Positions 30,302 to 42,237 of a DNA stretch of 64,000 nucleotides are shown here, piece after piece. The DNA is from a virus, in IMG/VR virus record IMGVR_UViG_3300033148_006964, positions 116,927 through 180,926 of that record. The stretch is one strand, 5' to 3'. Below the pieces are notes generated by a model, which did no database searches, had not been told where the DNA came from, and saw only the letters and a program-made list of their open reading frames with translations. Every line of letters starts with the position of its first letter. Within the stretch, counting starts at the first letter, position 1. The position numbers were made by a program, and so were the translations under genes.

Positions 30302-30854
30302 TTTATTTCTCCTTTTGAAATAAATAATACAATTATATGTTAGGATTTATTCTTCAGTAAATCCTAATTTGTTAGCAATATCTATTCTGCAATCATCCCA
30401 TCCTATTTTAAAACTTTCTTCATCAATATCAGAGCGTCCTTTTAAATACGCAAAAAGCATTAGTTTGTTAACTAACTTTTCAGTGAAATAAAATTCCTTT
30501 TCAATAGTAAGCGTTTTAGCTTCATCGGTTTCTAATTCTTTACTTACAGTTTTAGCCCATAAAATATGTTGAGGAAAGATAGTTTCTTTATCTGATTTAT
30601 TAGTTACTTTGATAATACCACTGTTATCGTTGGCATATTTTTTTTTACCTTTTAAATAATCTTCATATGGTGACATGTAAAATCCTTTTATTAGAGTTTT
30701 TCGATAAATTTTAATAATAAACAAACCGCTCCAGTAAAACAAATTCCTGAAAGTAGAAAAGATGTAAGTGCAGCTCTTACTCTTTTTACAATAATAGTTT
30801 CAATTATACCAAAACCAAAAGATAAAATAGCAAAACCAAACATTATTCCAATAA

Positions 30855-31388
30855 TCATTTTTTACCATCCTTTTCAGGTTCTATATATTGCCAACCTAAA
30901 GTTGTCATTTTGTTAATTTCATCTGTAGTAACATGGTTATAATTTTGCACTTTTACGGGGTTTTGATAACGGTTTCCTGTTGAAGGTTCTATCAAACAAT
31001 ATTTCATGTCATCTACCTGACAAAGAATACTTTTCTGACTACATACTATAAACCTATCTCCCTTTTTATATGTTTGCTCTTTCTCAACTTCACATTGCAC
31101 ACGTACACCCTGCATGAAACAAAGCATTTCTCTATGAGCTTGACGGTATTTTTCTGTACCCTTTATGAATGTCCTCATTTTTCCAAAATGGGTATCATCA
31201 AAATCACACCTTTCAATTATTCCAAGAAGACATTTATTGCAATCACAATTAGCTTCTTTACAACAAGCGCAACTATTCTCACTATGTACTGGTGTATAAT
31301 TAATATCATTATCCAACTTTTCCTGTTCTTCCTGATAATATTTAATACTACTATCAAGTGCCTTTAATTGACTTTTTGTTGCTTTCAT
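30855..31388 (-). CDS. Cys-rich family B-related protein
   Basis: KALDSSIKYY...CACC...C..C.LG...C, similar to 39155 and 39547. Confidence 0.55.
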   Translation of the reverse strand: MKATKSQLKALDSSIKYYQEEQEKLDNDINYTPVHSENSCACCKEANCDCNKCLLGIIERCDFDDTHFGKMRTFIKGTEKYRQAHREMLCFMQGVRVQCEVEKEQTYKKGDRFIVCSQKSILCQVDDMKYCLIEPSTGNRYQNPVKVQNYNHVTTDEINKMTTLGWQYIEPEKDGKK

Positions 31389-32951
31389 TTTTTTTACCTT
31401 TCATTAATGTATTTTTTGAATATAATTACCTGCATAATCTACTTTATGTTCTTTGAGTTCTTCTGTTTCTATAAATATCCATCTCTCAAAATCTGAATCC
31501 CATATTTGTAGTGCAGGTTCAGTCTTGTGTCCGACTTTATCACAAAGTACTAACCATCTTAATCTCATTTTTTACTCCTTATGATAGAAGGTTTTAGCTT
31601 TAGAAGTTTCTAATCTTGTTTCAAATTCTTTTATGTGTTTAACATTATATGTCGCCCCAGCATAATGTATATCACTTTCGAATGCCACGCGATTTTCATG
31701 TGATGAATAATTATAATGGATTTCTGTTACATTACGTAAGGTTATATTTTCTTTATAATTACTATCTTTAGTAAAAATTATTGTTACTTTATTTCCATAG
31801 TTTATGCTTGTCATTATTATTTTCCTTGTTTTCTACGATTTAATTCTTGTGTAATCTTAATAACAATACGTTTATTTGTGTCTAATCTTTTTTGTACTGA
31901 ACCACCGCTATAGTTATTAATATTATTAAGTAGAGCTCCTTTGCAGATTTGTATATCTTTTTTACTTTCTTGTAAATCTTTTTTAAGTTCTTCCATTGAT
32001 ATTGTTTTTATGTTTTTCATATAAGTTTTTCTTTGTTTGAAATTAATATTTTAGCCTACTAAGTGCCTATCATTTTTCCACTCAGTATTAATAAGATTAA
32101 TAAGGCCTTTAAAAGTATCATGTTCGTACATATGTTCATTATACATACATATCCAACATTCATTTTTACTTATAACTTCAGCTTTTTCTTTATAGATTAA
32201 AAACTTAGCTTCATCTTTTATATTTATTATTCTAGATTCAGCATTATTTAATCTTTCACTCATAGACTCTGGATAATTAGGGCAATCCTTATGGTGATAT
32301 ATTTCATCTTCTCCGGAGTTTATATTACCGAATACTTTACAACCAGCTATACATTTACCCATTATTATTTTCCATTTCTAATATGTTGTATATTTTCTTC
32401 AGGAGATTCTTTTTCATCGTAATTGTCTCCCATTATACACATAATAATTGTAGTAAGTTTGTTATACTTTGATTCCCAATAATCATCTGTTTTGGGTTGG
32501 GAAATTTGTTTTTCTATTCTGCCAACATAAACCTCAAGTGCATGAGCTGGTGATTTAGCTCTATTTTTTGGAATACCCAATAACTCAAGTGCTTGCCTAA
32601 CTCTTTTACATTGTGGGCAATTTTCTTTCTTTTTGGGAAGAACATTTAGATATTTAATAATACTCATTATTTACTCCTTTTTTTTTAGGTTTTGAAATTA
32701 TGGCATAAATAAATTTCTACAATCATAAGATTTGTCTTCTCCTTCTGCTATGTCAGAGCGGGAGTGCAAATCCTTTTGAGCTTCAATACAAGTACACGCA
32801 AAATAATTTTCACCAATAGCAATTTGGTATTTACAAAGATATGGCATATCTTTTTTGGGGTGTTTGTTATATTTACATTGTTCTGTTTCGTCTGGACAGC
32901 TTGCAGCACAGCCATAGCTTATTACGCAATAATTTTTCAATTTCTCACTCA

Positions 32952-33290
32952 TTATTTCTCCTTTGTCTTTGAAATCAATACTAAATCATTTTGAATTTTT
33001 TTTATTGCTTTTGCCAAAGCGTCTACATCTACTAATAAACTAATATATTTTTCCCGTTTTCCCTTTGTTGTTATAGAGCGGAAGTTCCAAGCTTTGATTG
33101 CTTCTCGTTTATAATGCCACCAACAAGTCTGTAAACCACATTTTGCACACCTAATTTGGAACCCATGTGTTTGGTTAGCAACCACACGAGGATATCTATC
33201 TGAATATGATTGCCCGCGGAAAACAGTGTTATCACGCAATAGTTCTGCTATGCTATCGCACCCATGACACGGCTTCAATTTCTCACTCAT
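32952..33290 (-). CDS. Lar-like (restriction alleviation) Zn-finger protein
   Basis: MSEKLKPC..C ... IRC..CG ... EAIKAWN. Confidence 0.45.
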   Translation of the reverse strand: MSEKLKPCHGCDSIAELLRDNTVFRGQSYSDRYPRVVANQTHGFQIRCAKCGLQTCWWHYKREAIKAWNFRSITTKGKREKYISLLVDVDALAKAIKKIQNDLVLISKTKEK

Positions 33291-35828
33291 CTTCTACCTC
33301 AATTTCTGTGTTAATTACAGTCAATACAGGCTCGCATTTTACTAACTCAAATTCTTTATCTGATCCAGTATACCCACACCTTAATTCAGAATCATTACAT
33401 TCATGTGGTTCTCGATGTATACAAATTGTAGGACAATTACTATTTTTCCCATTACAAATTTTCTTCATCGCTCCCCCTCTGTGGGTTGGGGTTTTTTGTG
33501 CCAATCAATTCCCCATAAAAAGATTCGGATACAATATCTTGGTATAAAATGTAAATAAATACCTTTCCAAAATTTATGCCATGATACAAAAACAAAATAT
33601 TTTCCAAAAACCTTTATCATCTTTTCCATAGCCTCATCACTCCTTTGCTTTGGTTTTTATTTTTTAAGCCATTTCTTAAAGTTTCCCCACCAGCTTAATT
33701 GCCTTGTATCTTTTATTATATTTTGGTATTCTATAACTTCAAGAGTTTCTAAAAAATCAATAGGATGGCCTTTTCTAACCTCATCACTAAGCCTTTCTAA
33801 TCTGTCATTTTTCACTACTAATATTTTCATAACTTTCTCACTCCTTTGCTTACATTAAAATTCTATTTTGCATTTTCTTCATTGACAATGCTTTTTCTAA
33901 ATCTGCATTTTCCTCGCGTAATTTTTTGCATTTAGATTCAAGGCAAAAAATTTTAATAGTCGCTATTAGCAATAATACCCATAATGTCCATATTAATATC
34001 ATAATTCACTCCTCTATTTGAATTTTCTCGCCGCAATATGGACAAAACTTAAATCTATTATCTTCCGGAGTGCCAGCCGTAATTTCAAAAGCTTCATCAC
34101 ATTCGGTTTTATAATATCCATCAGCCCATGTCCATGTACATTTGCCTTTTGTTTTAGGGCAGGTATCCTCAAGAAAATTTAAGTTTTTTGGTTTAACTGT
34201 ATCAATTTTTTTTTCAGATAAATATTGTTCTGTTAGTTGTTGACTAAATGGCCCTACTCCAGTGTGGGAGTCTTCTGAAATTAATCTTTTGAGTGTTTCA
34301 AATATAGTTTTCATTTTTCCACAATATCTGTTATAAGAAATATCATTAAAGTCTTTTTTCATTTCGTGCATATCTTTTAAATTAGTTTCGATATACTCTA
34401 ATTTGTCAGTTACATTTATTGAATTATTCATTATTTATCTCACTGTGGGTTGGGATTTAGATTCGTATTTTTGAATAGCAGCCACCATTTTGTTCAATTT
34501 TATATGATCTTCAGTGTTTATATCAGGGTCTTTCACTATTAAAGGTTCAATATTTTTTAACGCCTTTTTGTACTCTTCTTTGCTTGTAATATTAAAATCA
34601 TAGCGGCATTCACAACCAATAATATTATTCAAAATACCACAGTTATTTAATTCGGACTCATTATAACATTCACAATCTGTATTTAGACATTCATAATTTT
34701 CCATAGCTCCCCTCACTCCTTTACTTTGGTGGGTGGATTTTCTTCATCAATTATCTTACATAATCCCATAGCAACGCTCCAAGCTAAAAAATCCATTTCA
34801 TCTTCCCATTGTCCTATTACCCATTTTTCATCGCAATTACCGCATCCGACAAAAACTTTCTGCTGTTCCATGGTGTTACATAATTCTGTATAAACCTGAT
34901 CTTTGGTTGTTGGTTTTAGCTTAATTTGCAGCGTAATCATAATTCACTCACTTTCCTTTCTCAGCTTCTTTAAATCTTAATTTACTTTCACCCGTTTTTT
35001 TATGAGCATCAATGATCTTCTGGATAAGTTTCATTGCTCGTTTTCTTGCCTTTTCTGCTGCTATTGTAAAATTAGTTTTCATTTATCTCTTGGCTTCTTT
35101 ATGCGGTTGTTGACTTAATACAAATTTCATTTCTTCGTTTTCTTGCCTCAATTGCTCGTTTTGCAGAAGAATATCAGCATCAACACCAATGGATAAAATG
35201 TGAATATAAGACCTTAGCGGTTCTGGCGAACTATTAATTTGCCTAATCAATATATCATTCATTAACATGTGCCGTGAAAAATAATTGCCCTTTACCAGCA
35301 ACCGGCAAAACAGTATCCGCGACAAATCCCATTTCTTTGCCCAACGCTTCCCATGCAGTGTTGGCATTTTCTTGGGGGGAAGAAGGTGTCCCACATTGTA
35401 GCATAATCATCGGAACAGGTTTGCACGCTTCTAAAATTTTGTCAAGGTTGGTTTGTGTCATTTTAAATTCCTTACGCATAATTTCCTCCTAATTAAATTA
35501 ATTATTCATCCCTTATCCTCTATTCATATACCCACAATCACGCCAATCATTCTCAGCTTGCATTTGTTATCTACCGTTCTTCGTGTTCATCGCCGCTAAA
35601 ATTATATAGGTCTCCCGTTTCACATCCTTCGCAATTATTTCTTATCATGCTATGTCTGTCATAAAAGCTTCTGTTATTAATTTCGCTTGTTGTATAACCA
35701 TTAGCTTTTAGTATATTTGTTTGCCTGTCCCATTCCCACATTTCATGTTCATTCATTGACATATTAACTCTTCCCCTTTATTATCTCAAGATTTGATTTC
35801 ATCTGGTTTCCTCAACTTTTAAGTAAAG

Positions 35829-35938
35829 ACACAATACTCTGGACTCAAACCAAAGACCAACCAGCCTTTCACAGAACCACTAATTGCGGAATCGAACCGC
35901 TGAAGACTGGTGTGTTTCTGACCACTGCATCTGCTGTG
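35829..35938 (-). tRNA. tRNA-like element with an enlarged (40-nt) anticodon loop; degenerate or interrupted
   Basis: CACAGCA/TATTGTG acceptor (1 mismatch), AGTGG D-loop, CCAGT/GCTGG anticodon stem, TTTGG-TTTGAGT-CCAGA T-arm. Confidence 0.5.
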
Positions 35939-36940
35939 GGTTAATTGTATCATTTATCTTTCGTTTATCATCCCGGATTTCCTATAAACATAGCACTTGT
36001 GTTTTTAAACTTAAAAAACTGCACCAGCTTATCTTGGTCCAACTTAACCTTTGGAAATTTTTTAATTGTATGCTTTTTCTTTTTCACATCCTCCCCCTTT
36101 TTTAAACTTTAGGGCTATAAGCTTCTGGCCATATTCTTAATACAACATGACACCAAACAGTCCACTTAATAACTTTTATCAAGCCAGGTGTGTAACACTT
36201 TCTAAATGGAACTTTGTAATGCTTCATAATAACTCCTTCGTTAAGGTTTGGCACAATTTCCGTTTTATCCTTCTTTGATATTAGTTTTTTCTTTTTTCTC
36301 TCTCCTTCCACATATTTTTCTTATTTTATTAAAAAACTCTTTTACCGCAAGGCCAGTCCAAGAGTCACAGTCCTCAGCCTCTTTGTGTTCCTCAAGTAGT
36401 TTGTTAATCTTTTCTGTTGATGATTCGGGTTTAAAATAAACAGACAAACTTACTAATTGGCCATCTTCCTGCTTTTGCCACGAAATTGAATCAACACTAC
36501 ACAAGTTTATTCCTAATCGGTTTGGGATTACATCAGTTGGTAAAGGACAATATTCTTCGTTGTCCACTATTTCGTCTATTGTTTTAGTTGTTATATTCAT
36601 ACTGCCTCCTTGTTAAAGTTTACTTTGGCGTTATTTTACATTTTTCCGTAAGTATAAGGGTGTATCCGTTACTTTTTATATATTTATGCCGCTCTTCGCT
36701 TTTACCTATAACATATTTAAAAAAGTTATTAATCGGTGGCTTAAACATATCCCCTGCGGTGTCAACATCGTCAAGAAGCCCCCATAACGCAACCGCTATA
36801 GCCTTCCATGTTTCAGCATCTCCTCTACACGGTTCTCCACGTTTATCTTTATTTGCATTTAATTGCATCAATGTAGTTTTTTGTGTATCCATAATTTATC
36901 TACCTTTTGTTGGATTTAATAATTAATTCCTATCTTTATT

Positions 36941-36969
36941 GTTATGTCATGTATTATTGAAAAATAACA
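36941..36969 (-). promoter_or_regulatory. Repeated phage promoter/operator motif (variant)
   Basis: TGTTAT-N14-TGA-CATAAC. Confidence 0.55.
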
Positions 36970-38658
36970 AAAAGATAAGAATTAATTATTTAAGATACTA
37001 CTTTATTTTTCATTTTTATCTTTAGTTTGAACTTCTAAAACAACTACATCAACAAATTGAGAAAAAACACCAGGCTCGCCAATGCGTTTCCAATTGACAA
37101 GAGCGACTTCATCACCGGTACGCTCACATTTTAAAATATCTCCAATGACACCTGTACCATAATTGTTTCCACCTATTATTTTTACTGGATCACCGCGTTT
37201 CATTTTAACTCCTTACTAAGATTTAAAAAAAATATTTACTTTATTTGTTTCCAAGTTTTTTGGGCAATCCAATGTTGTATTTTTTGTATTAAACATGCAA
37301 ATACAAACGGGACTTTGAATAACTTTTTTCCACTCGGCATTATTAAAGCACCATCATTGTCAATTCCCATAAGTCCTATAAACATATAAATTCCTTATGT
37401 TAAAATTAATGTTAATCTTTTATTAGTAAATTTAAAAAATTCTTTGCAGCTTTATTAGCTACTTTATGAACTGTTTTATGTGAAAGATTATTGCCTGTTC
37501 GTCTGTATTCATCATAAAATGCCATCGCAATATTTGCCTGATAAACATGATAAAACTCTTTATCATTTGATAAAGCTTTTTTAAAAATATTAATTGCTTT
37601 TTGTATTTTCATTTTTAACTCTTTGTTAAGATTCAAGAAAAATATTTATTGATTTTACAAAACTACGATTTATAATAGCCAGACAATGTAATCCATCCCA
37701 ATACGTATCATCTTTATATAAACCAATTTGATTTCTTGTTTTTCTGTTACATATAATATCTTTTAATGATATTTTTTGATGAATTGTTAGATCATTGTAA
37801 TTCATATTTTATTTCCTTTTTAAAATTAAAGAGTGTGCCGCCGAAGCCTTAAGAACTATATCCACTCTATATTTTATCGGACTTGCACCGCGTAGGATAT
37901 AATCAGACACACTCATTTTTAAGCCGCTACTTTGTTAATTTCTTCAATCGTTCCTATGTAACACTTAAAAGGTCGGCTTTCATTTGGTAATATTCTTTTT
38001 ATATAGTTTAATTCATTATCAGAATCGCAAACAAGCAAAGCTGTAAACATACCATTATTAAGAAGAACTAATGCATATTTATCTTTTAGTTCCAGGCTGA
38101 AGAAATTTAACTTTTTAAAATTATATAATTCAATTTCTTCAACGTATTTTTCTTTTATCCCTTCGGCAATCCACTCTTCTTTACTTTTTTCTTTGGGGTT
38201 GACATAAGTTCCCATTATGTTTTTCCTTTCATATTTTTTTGCCTAAGATCAATAGATTTATATGGTGTCATACTACATCCACATTTTATACATTCATCGT
38301 CACACATTGAGTCCCATTCTTCTATCCATTTGCGACCACAATCAGCACAGCGATAAAAATTTCGATAGATTTTGTTATTTTTCTCTTTAATAGTTTGTTC
38401 AAATGTTTCTAATGCATTTTTTATCGAATAAATAGAATTAGAAATATTGTCATTATTTGTTTTAATTGCTTGAGTAAATTTCATTGCATTAACTATATCT
38501 CCTGCCGGTACTGGGCCGGAACATTTTGCCAATATAAATTCAGGATCATTAGCATATCCGCTTTCAATAACATGATATTCTTTTGATGAAATTTTTTTTA
38601 CTTTATAAAAATACATAATAATTAATTTCCTTTTCGTTTATTTGTGTGATTATTATAA

Positions 38659-38784
38659 AACAGGCATTTCTGTAAAGGTCTTTTCAGTTTATCGTGATCA
38701 AACAAAAGTAAGGTTTCGATCCTTATTTGGCTTTCCCTATTTTATGGGGCCACTTTCTCTCACTACGATACAGAAATACCTGTT
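38659..38784 (-). ncRNA. Candidate structured small RNA
   Basis: Closing stem AACAGGTATTTCTGTA/TACAGAAATGCCTGTT (G-U wobble on minus); motif shared with 24143..24231. Confidence 0.45.
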
Positions 38785-39154
38785 AGAAAAGGTTGTATAA
38801 TTTTTTTACGGCAGTTAGGAGTTCATGTTGTCCTGGTTGACACCAGACTAAGCTTAAACATGATAGGCTCAGACAGATTAATTATACAACCTTTGTTAGT
38901 TTTGATTAATTTCCTGCTCTTTTAGCAGCTCTTCTTTTTCCTCTTAGCGTTACTGGGCGATCAGGCAACAACCCTCCAGGGGGATAGTTATCAGCTCTTG
39001 GAACATCAGATTTTATTATTTCAGATTGTCGATCCTGACGAGCTAATTTTTTTATTATAGGTGTAATGAGTTTTTCTAACCTTATTGACAACTTTTTAGT
39101 CTTCTCATCTTTTAATGCGGTTTTCATTACATATCTCCTTTTGATATTATTGGT

Positions 39155-39541
39155 TTAAGATTTTTTTGATTTCCTCATTGCCCTTGTTTCACAATGTCTT
39201 AGTATAGATCTGAGTTTTTTTAATACTTTTCGATGAAGATTAGTAAAACTACCGTTTTCATAAGTTTTTTTATATGATTTAAGCATTTCAAGATAACCTA
39301 TTTTATTACAGTATTCGTGGCCAGAACGTCCTATAGCACAACGTTTATGACAGATAGTAGAGTCTGAATTATAATCATCAAACTCAGAGACTAAACAGCA
39401 ATCACAGTAGTTTGGGCCAATCTTTACTTTTTTAACTTTCCCAGAATCTAATAATATTTGATCGTCTTCATAATGTTTGATGCTTTTCTGAAGAGCCTTA
39501 TACATCTTTTGAGATACTAATGTCATTTTCGTTTTAGCCAT
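39155..39541 (-). CDS. Cys-rich family B member
   Basis: KMYKALQKSIKHY...YCDCC...C...CAIGRS.HE.C...LHRKVLKKLRSILRHCETRAMR. Confidence 0.7.
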   Translation of the reverse strand: MAKTKMTLVSQKMYKALQKSIKHYEDDQILLDSGKVKKVKIGPNYCDCCLVSEFDDYNSDSTICHKRCAIGRSGHEYCNKIGYLEMLKSYKKTYENGSFTNLHRKVLKKLRSILRHCETRAMRKSKKS

Positions 39542-39546
39542 AATTT

Positions 39547-39993
39547 TTATTTTGCTTTCCGAGCAGTTCTCATAGCCCTTGTTTCACAATGTCTTAGTAT
39601 AGATCTGAGTTTTTTTAATACTTTTCGATGTAACTCAGGAAATTTATTAATACAGTTACTCTGAGTGAGTTTTGATTTTCTCATCTCGTCATAACCTATT
39701 TCAAGGCAACCTTCGTGGTTAGAACGTCCTATTGCGCAATATTTACGACAGTGCCAGATTCTTCTATGATTAATATTAGTTAGGCTTTTTACTAATTGGC
39801 AACAGGCACAATAGCCCATTCCAACTAGAACAGTTTTAACTTTTCCAGAATCAAGCAACTTTTGATCTTCTTTATAATGTTTAATGCTTTTCTGAAGAGC
39901 TTTATACATTTTTTGGGTTACTAATGTCATTTTTGTTTTAGGCATGTAATATTCCTTTTTTATAGTGTATGAAGTAATAATAGGGATGCACAT
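39547..39993 (-). CDS. Cys-rich family B member (tandem duplicate; start probably MPKTKM)
   Basis: Near-identical ends to 39155..39541. Confidence 0.7.
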   Translation of the reverse strand: MCIPIITSYTIKKEYYMPKTKMTLVTQKMYKALQKSIKHYKEDQKLLDSGKVKTVLVGMGYCACCQLVKSLTNINHRRIWHCRKYCAIGRSNHEGCLEIGYDEMRKSKLTQSNCINKFPELHRKVLKKLRSILRHCETRAMRTARKAK

Positions 39994-40144
39994 GTAGACA
40001 CGTCATGAATAGTCAATGTTCCGTAAACAAGAAGCTATCCTGTCTCGCCACCCCCATTATCACATAATTATTAATAAAACTTTACTTCTAATTCAAAATT
40101 ATAGCTACTACTATTGCCAACACATTATCCTCCAATCTAAGTGT

Positions 40145-40729
40145 TTAGGTAGTTAAGGATAATTTGTCTAATTCGTTTAACACCTTTAATTCGTCTGGCA
40201 TTCTTGGTATTATCGATTCTGTTTCTTCTCTTGATATTATTCTTAAGCTTCCGCTTCTGTTATGAATAAAAGTGCTTTTTTCTCCACGATTTATTTTAAT
40301 TATAGTTAGTGGCTCCATAATAACCAGATCGTCATACCATTTATAATTTTCGTTATTAATTACATCACATCCATTAGCTCTTACTTCGCAGGTTGCTTGT
40401 CCATGAATTGTATGCCAATATCCATGAGCAGGTATTGGTGACGATGTATTAATTCTTACTAATACATTTCCAATATTTATATTTGGTTTAGCTAATGATG
40501 TGTAATTAAATAGTTCAGCGTTATTTTTATCTTTTACTATGTTATTACGAGGATACGCAAATTTTATACTTTTATTAACAACTTTAGCAGGATTGTATTT
40601 ATCCAATAAGACTTTTTTTTGACGACCTTTATGACCATTTTGACCTAGAAATAATATTAATCCATCATTATCCTTTAATAGATCAATTCCTTCTTTTATT
40701 TCATCGTGGGCAATGGTGTACGTTTTCAT
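40145..40729 (-). CDS. Hypothetical protein
   Basis: 194 aa, AGGAG RBS, downstream of a promoter motif. Confidence 0.6.
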   Translation of the reverse strand: MKTYTIAHDEIKEGIDLLKDNDGLILFLGQNGHKGRQKKVLLDKYNPAKVVNKSIKFAYPRNNIVKDKNNAELFNYTSLAKPNINIGNVLVRINTSSPIPAHGYWHTIHGQATCEVRANGCDVINNENYKWYDDLVIMEPLTIIKINRGEKSTFIHNRSGSLRIISREETESIIPRMPDELKVLNELDKLSLTT

Positions 40730-40775
40730 AATATGCTCCTTTTAAATTAATTAAAATATTAAAATCTACATAATA

Positions 40776-40804
40776 GTTATTCCATGATTAGTATAATTAT
40801 AACA
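40776..40804 (-). promoter_or_regulatory. Repeated phage promoter/operator motif
   Basis: TGTTAT-N14-TGG-AATAAC; within a ~50-bp block duplicated around 42238. Confidence 0.7.
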
Positions 40805-40889
40805 AGAGCGTGTGATAGATAAAAAAAAGCAACAGGTAGTTGCTTTTTCTTGCGGTGTATCAGTAGGTTTTTTTGATAATACTAAATAA

Positions 40890-42188
40890 TTAATCTTTTA
40901 TTAATCGAACCGAATGTCCACGTTTTCTATTATGTCTACCCAGGGTTAAAGCATTATGCTCAAATCTTAATCCTCGGGAACTATAAACAGGATATGGGTC
41001 AATAGTATTATCAGATGTCCACCAGTAACATTCTTCACGTTGACCTATAAAAGGTCCATAATATGTACGATAACCACATGGGACAGCTGAAAACCCACTA
41101 CTATTATTTAGTGATGGATTATAACCTGGTGTACCTTCATAAGACGATAAATCCCACCCATATTCTATGGCAAGAGATTGCGCCATTCTGTTATATATTG
41201 TTGTTCCGTCATAGTTGTAACCGTTAGTCATTAAATATTCTTCCAATTCTGTCCATTCAGCGATTGTTGGTACGTGCCATCCAATTGGAGCAAGTTTACT
41301 TGTATTTACAACATACCAGTTATATAATACCGAATTTTGTTTCAAGCGTCTTCCTGCATCTGAAGAAGGATTAGTATCGTTATCATAAAAACAGTAGGCG
41401 CCATCATGTGTTCGTGATGTCTGTTCCCACCATAACGAATCATTAGTAATATAAGGTATAGGAGTGCCATCGTTATAATGTGTTACGCGAAGATTTTCTA
41501 CACTCCATTCTTGATTACCTATAACAATTGTTTTGTATATATTACTATCAATATCAATAAGTCGTGGAATGATTGATAATACAATTTTTATATATTGATT
41601 ATATGAATAAAGAGCAATTTTTTTTGGTTTATAATTAGTAGCTTCAACTCTAAGAGTGTCAATAGCATCAATCATTTTTTTTGATAAATGTTTTATATTA
41701 GTATTATTACTGATTTGAAAAACGTTATTTAAAATATTTGTTTTAAACGCATAAGATTGACTACCAATTTTTATACAAACAATATATATACCATTTGCAA
41801 TATCAGTAAATATTGGTATATGATGAGTCCCTGTTTGTAAGTTTAAAATATCAACGCTTAAGACTTTAATGCCTTGAACATTATATGTTTTAATTGAAAC
41901 ACATTCTTTTTTATCAATTGTTATTACCGCAATATTTTTATCTATTTTGATAATATGTTTTGGTAAAAGTTCTTTTTGTGTTTCAATAATCGTTATATAA
42001 TCAATGATCTCAAAATAACCGACTTCATTAGTCGTATCAGAGAATGGTCCTTGATCGAGACTAATATATGCATTTTGAATAGGTAAATCTGTATCTTCTG
42101 CTATGACATTACCAGTAAGCGTAACATGTGTTGACTGTGCTGCATATACTAATAATAATATAAGTATTTTAGTAAGAATTGTTTTCAC
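40890..42188 (-). CDS. Secreted protein with a Fibrobacter succinogenes major paralogous (FISUMP) domain
   Basis: Signal peptide; IGNQEWSVENL...LYNWY...AP.GWHVPT.AEW...GFSAVP.GYR...WWTS...G.SVRLIKD. Confidence 0.85.
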   Translation of the reverse strand: MKTILTKILILLLVYAAQSTHVTLTGNVIAEDTDLPIQNAYISLDQGPFSDTTNEVGYFEIIDYITIIETQKELLPKHIIKIDKNIAVITIDKKECVSIKTYNVQGIKVLSVDILNLQTGTHHIPIFTDIANGIYIVCIKIGSQSYAFKTNILNNVFQISNNTNIKHLSKKMIDAIDTLRVEATNYKPKKIALYSYNQYIKIVLSIIPRLIDIDSNIYKTIVIGNQEWSVENLRVTHYNDGTPIPYITNDSLWWEQTSRTHDGAYCFYDNDTNPSSDAGRRLKQNSVLYNWYVVNTSKLAPIGWHVPTIAEWTELEEYLMTNGYNYDGTTIYNRMAQSLAIEYGWDLSSYEGTPGYNPSLNNSSGFSAVPCGYRTYYGPFIGQREECYWWTSDNTIDPYPVYSSRGLRFEHNALTLGRHNRKRGHSVRLIKD

Positions 42189-42237
42189 AATATTCTCCTT
42201 TAAGTTATTAATTGGAATTATTAAAATCTACATAATA

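Larger units (their letters stand above)
30347..38616 (-). other. Dense run of short hypothetical ORFs
   Basis: About 25 co-directional ORFs of 60-180 aa, many with Cys pairs and RBSs. Confidence 0.55.

Noticed and set aside
37832-37915. Cobalamin riboswitch
   Set aside because: The T-loop-like hairpin is present, but the AGGGAA and GCCACTG B12-box elements are not.
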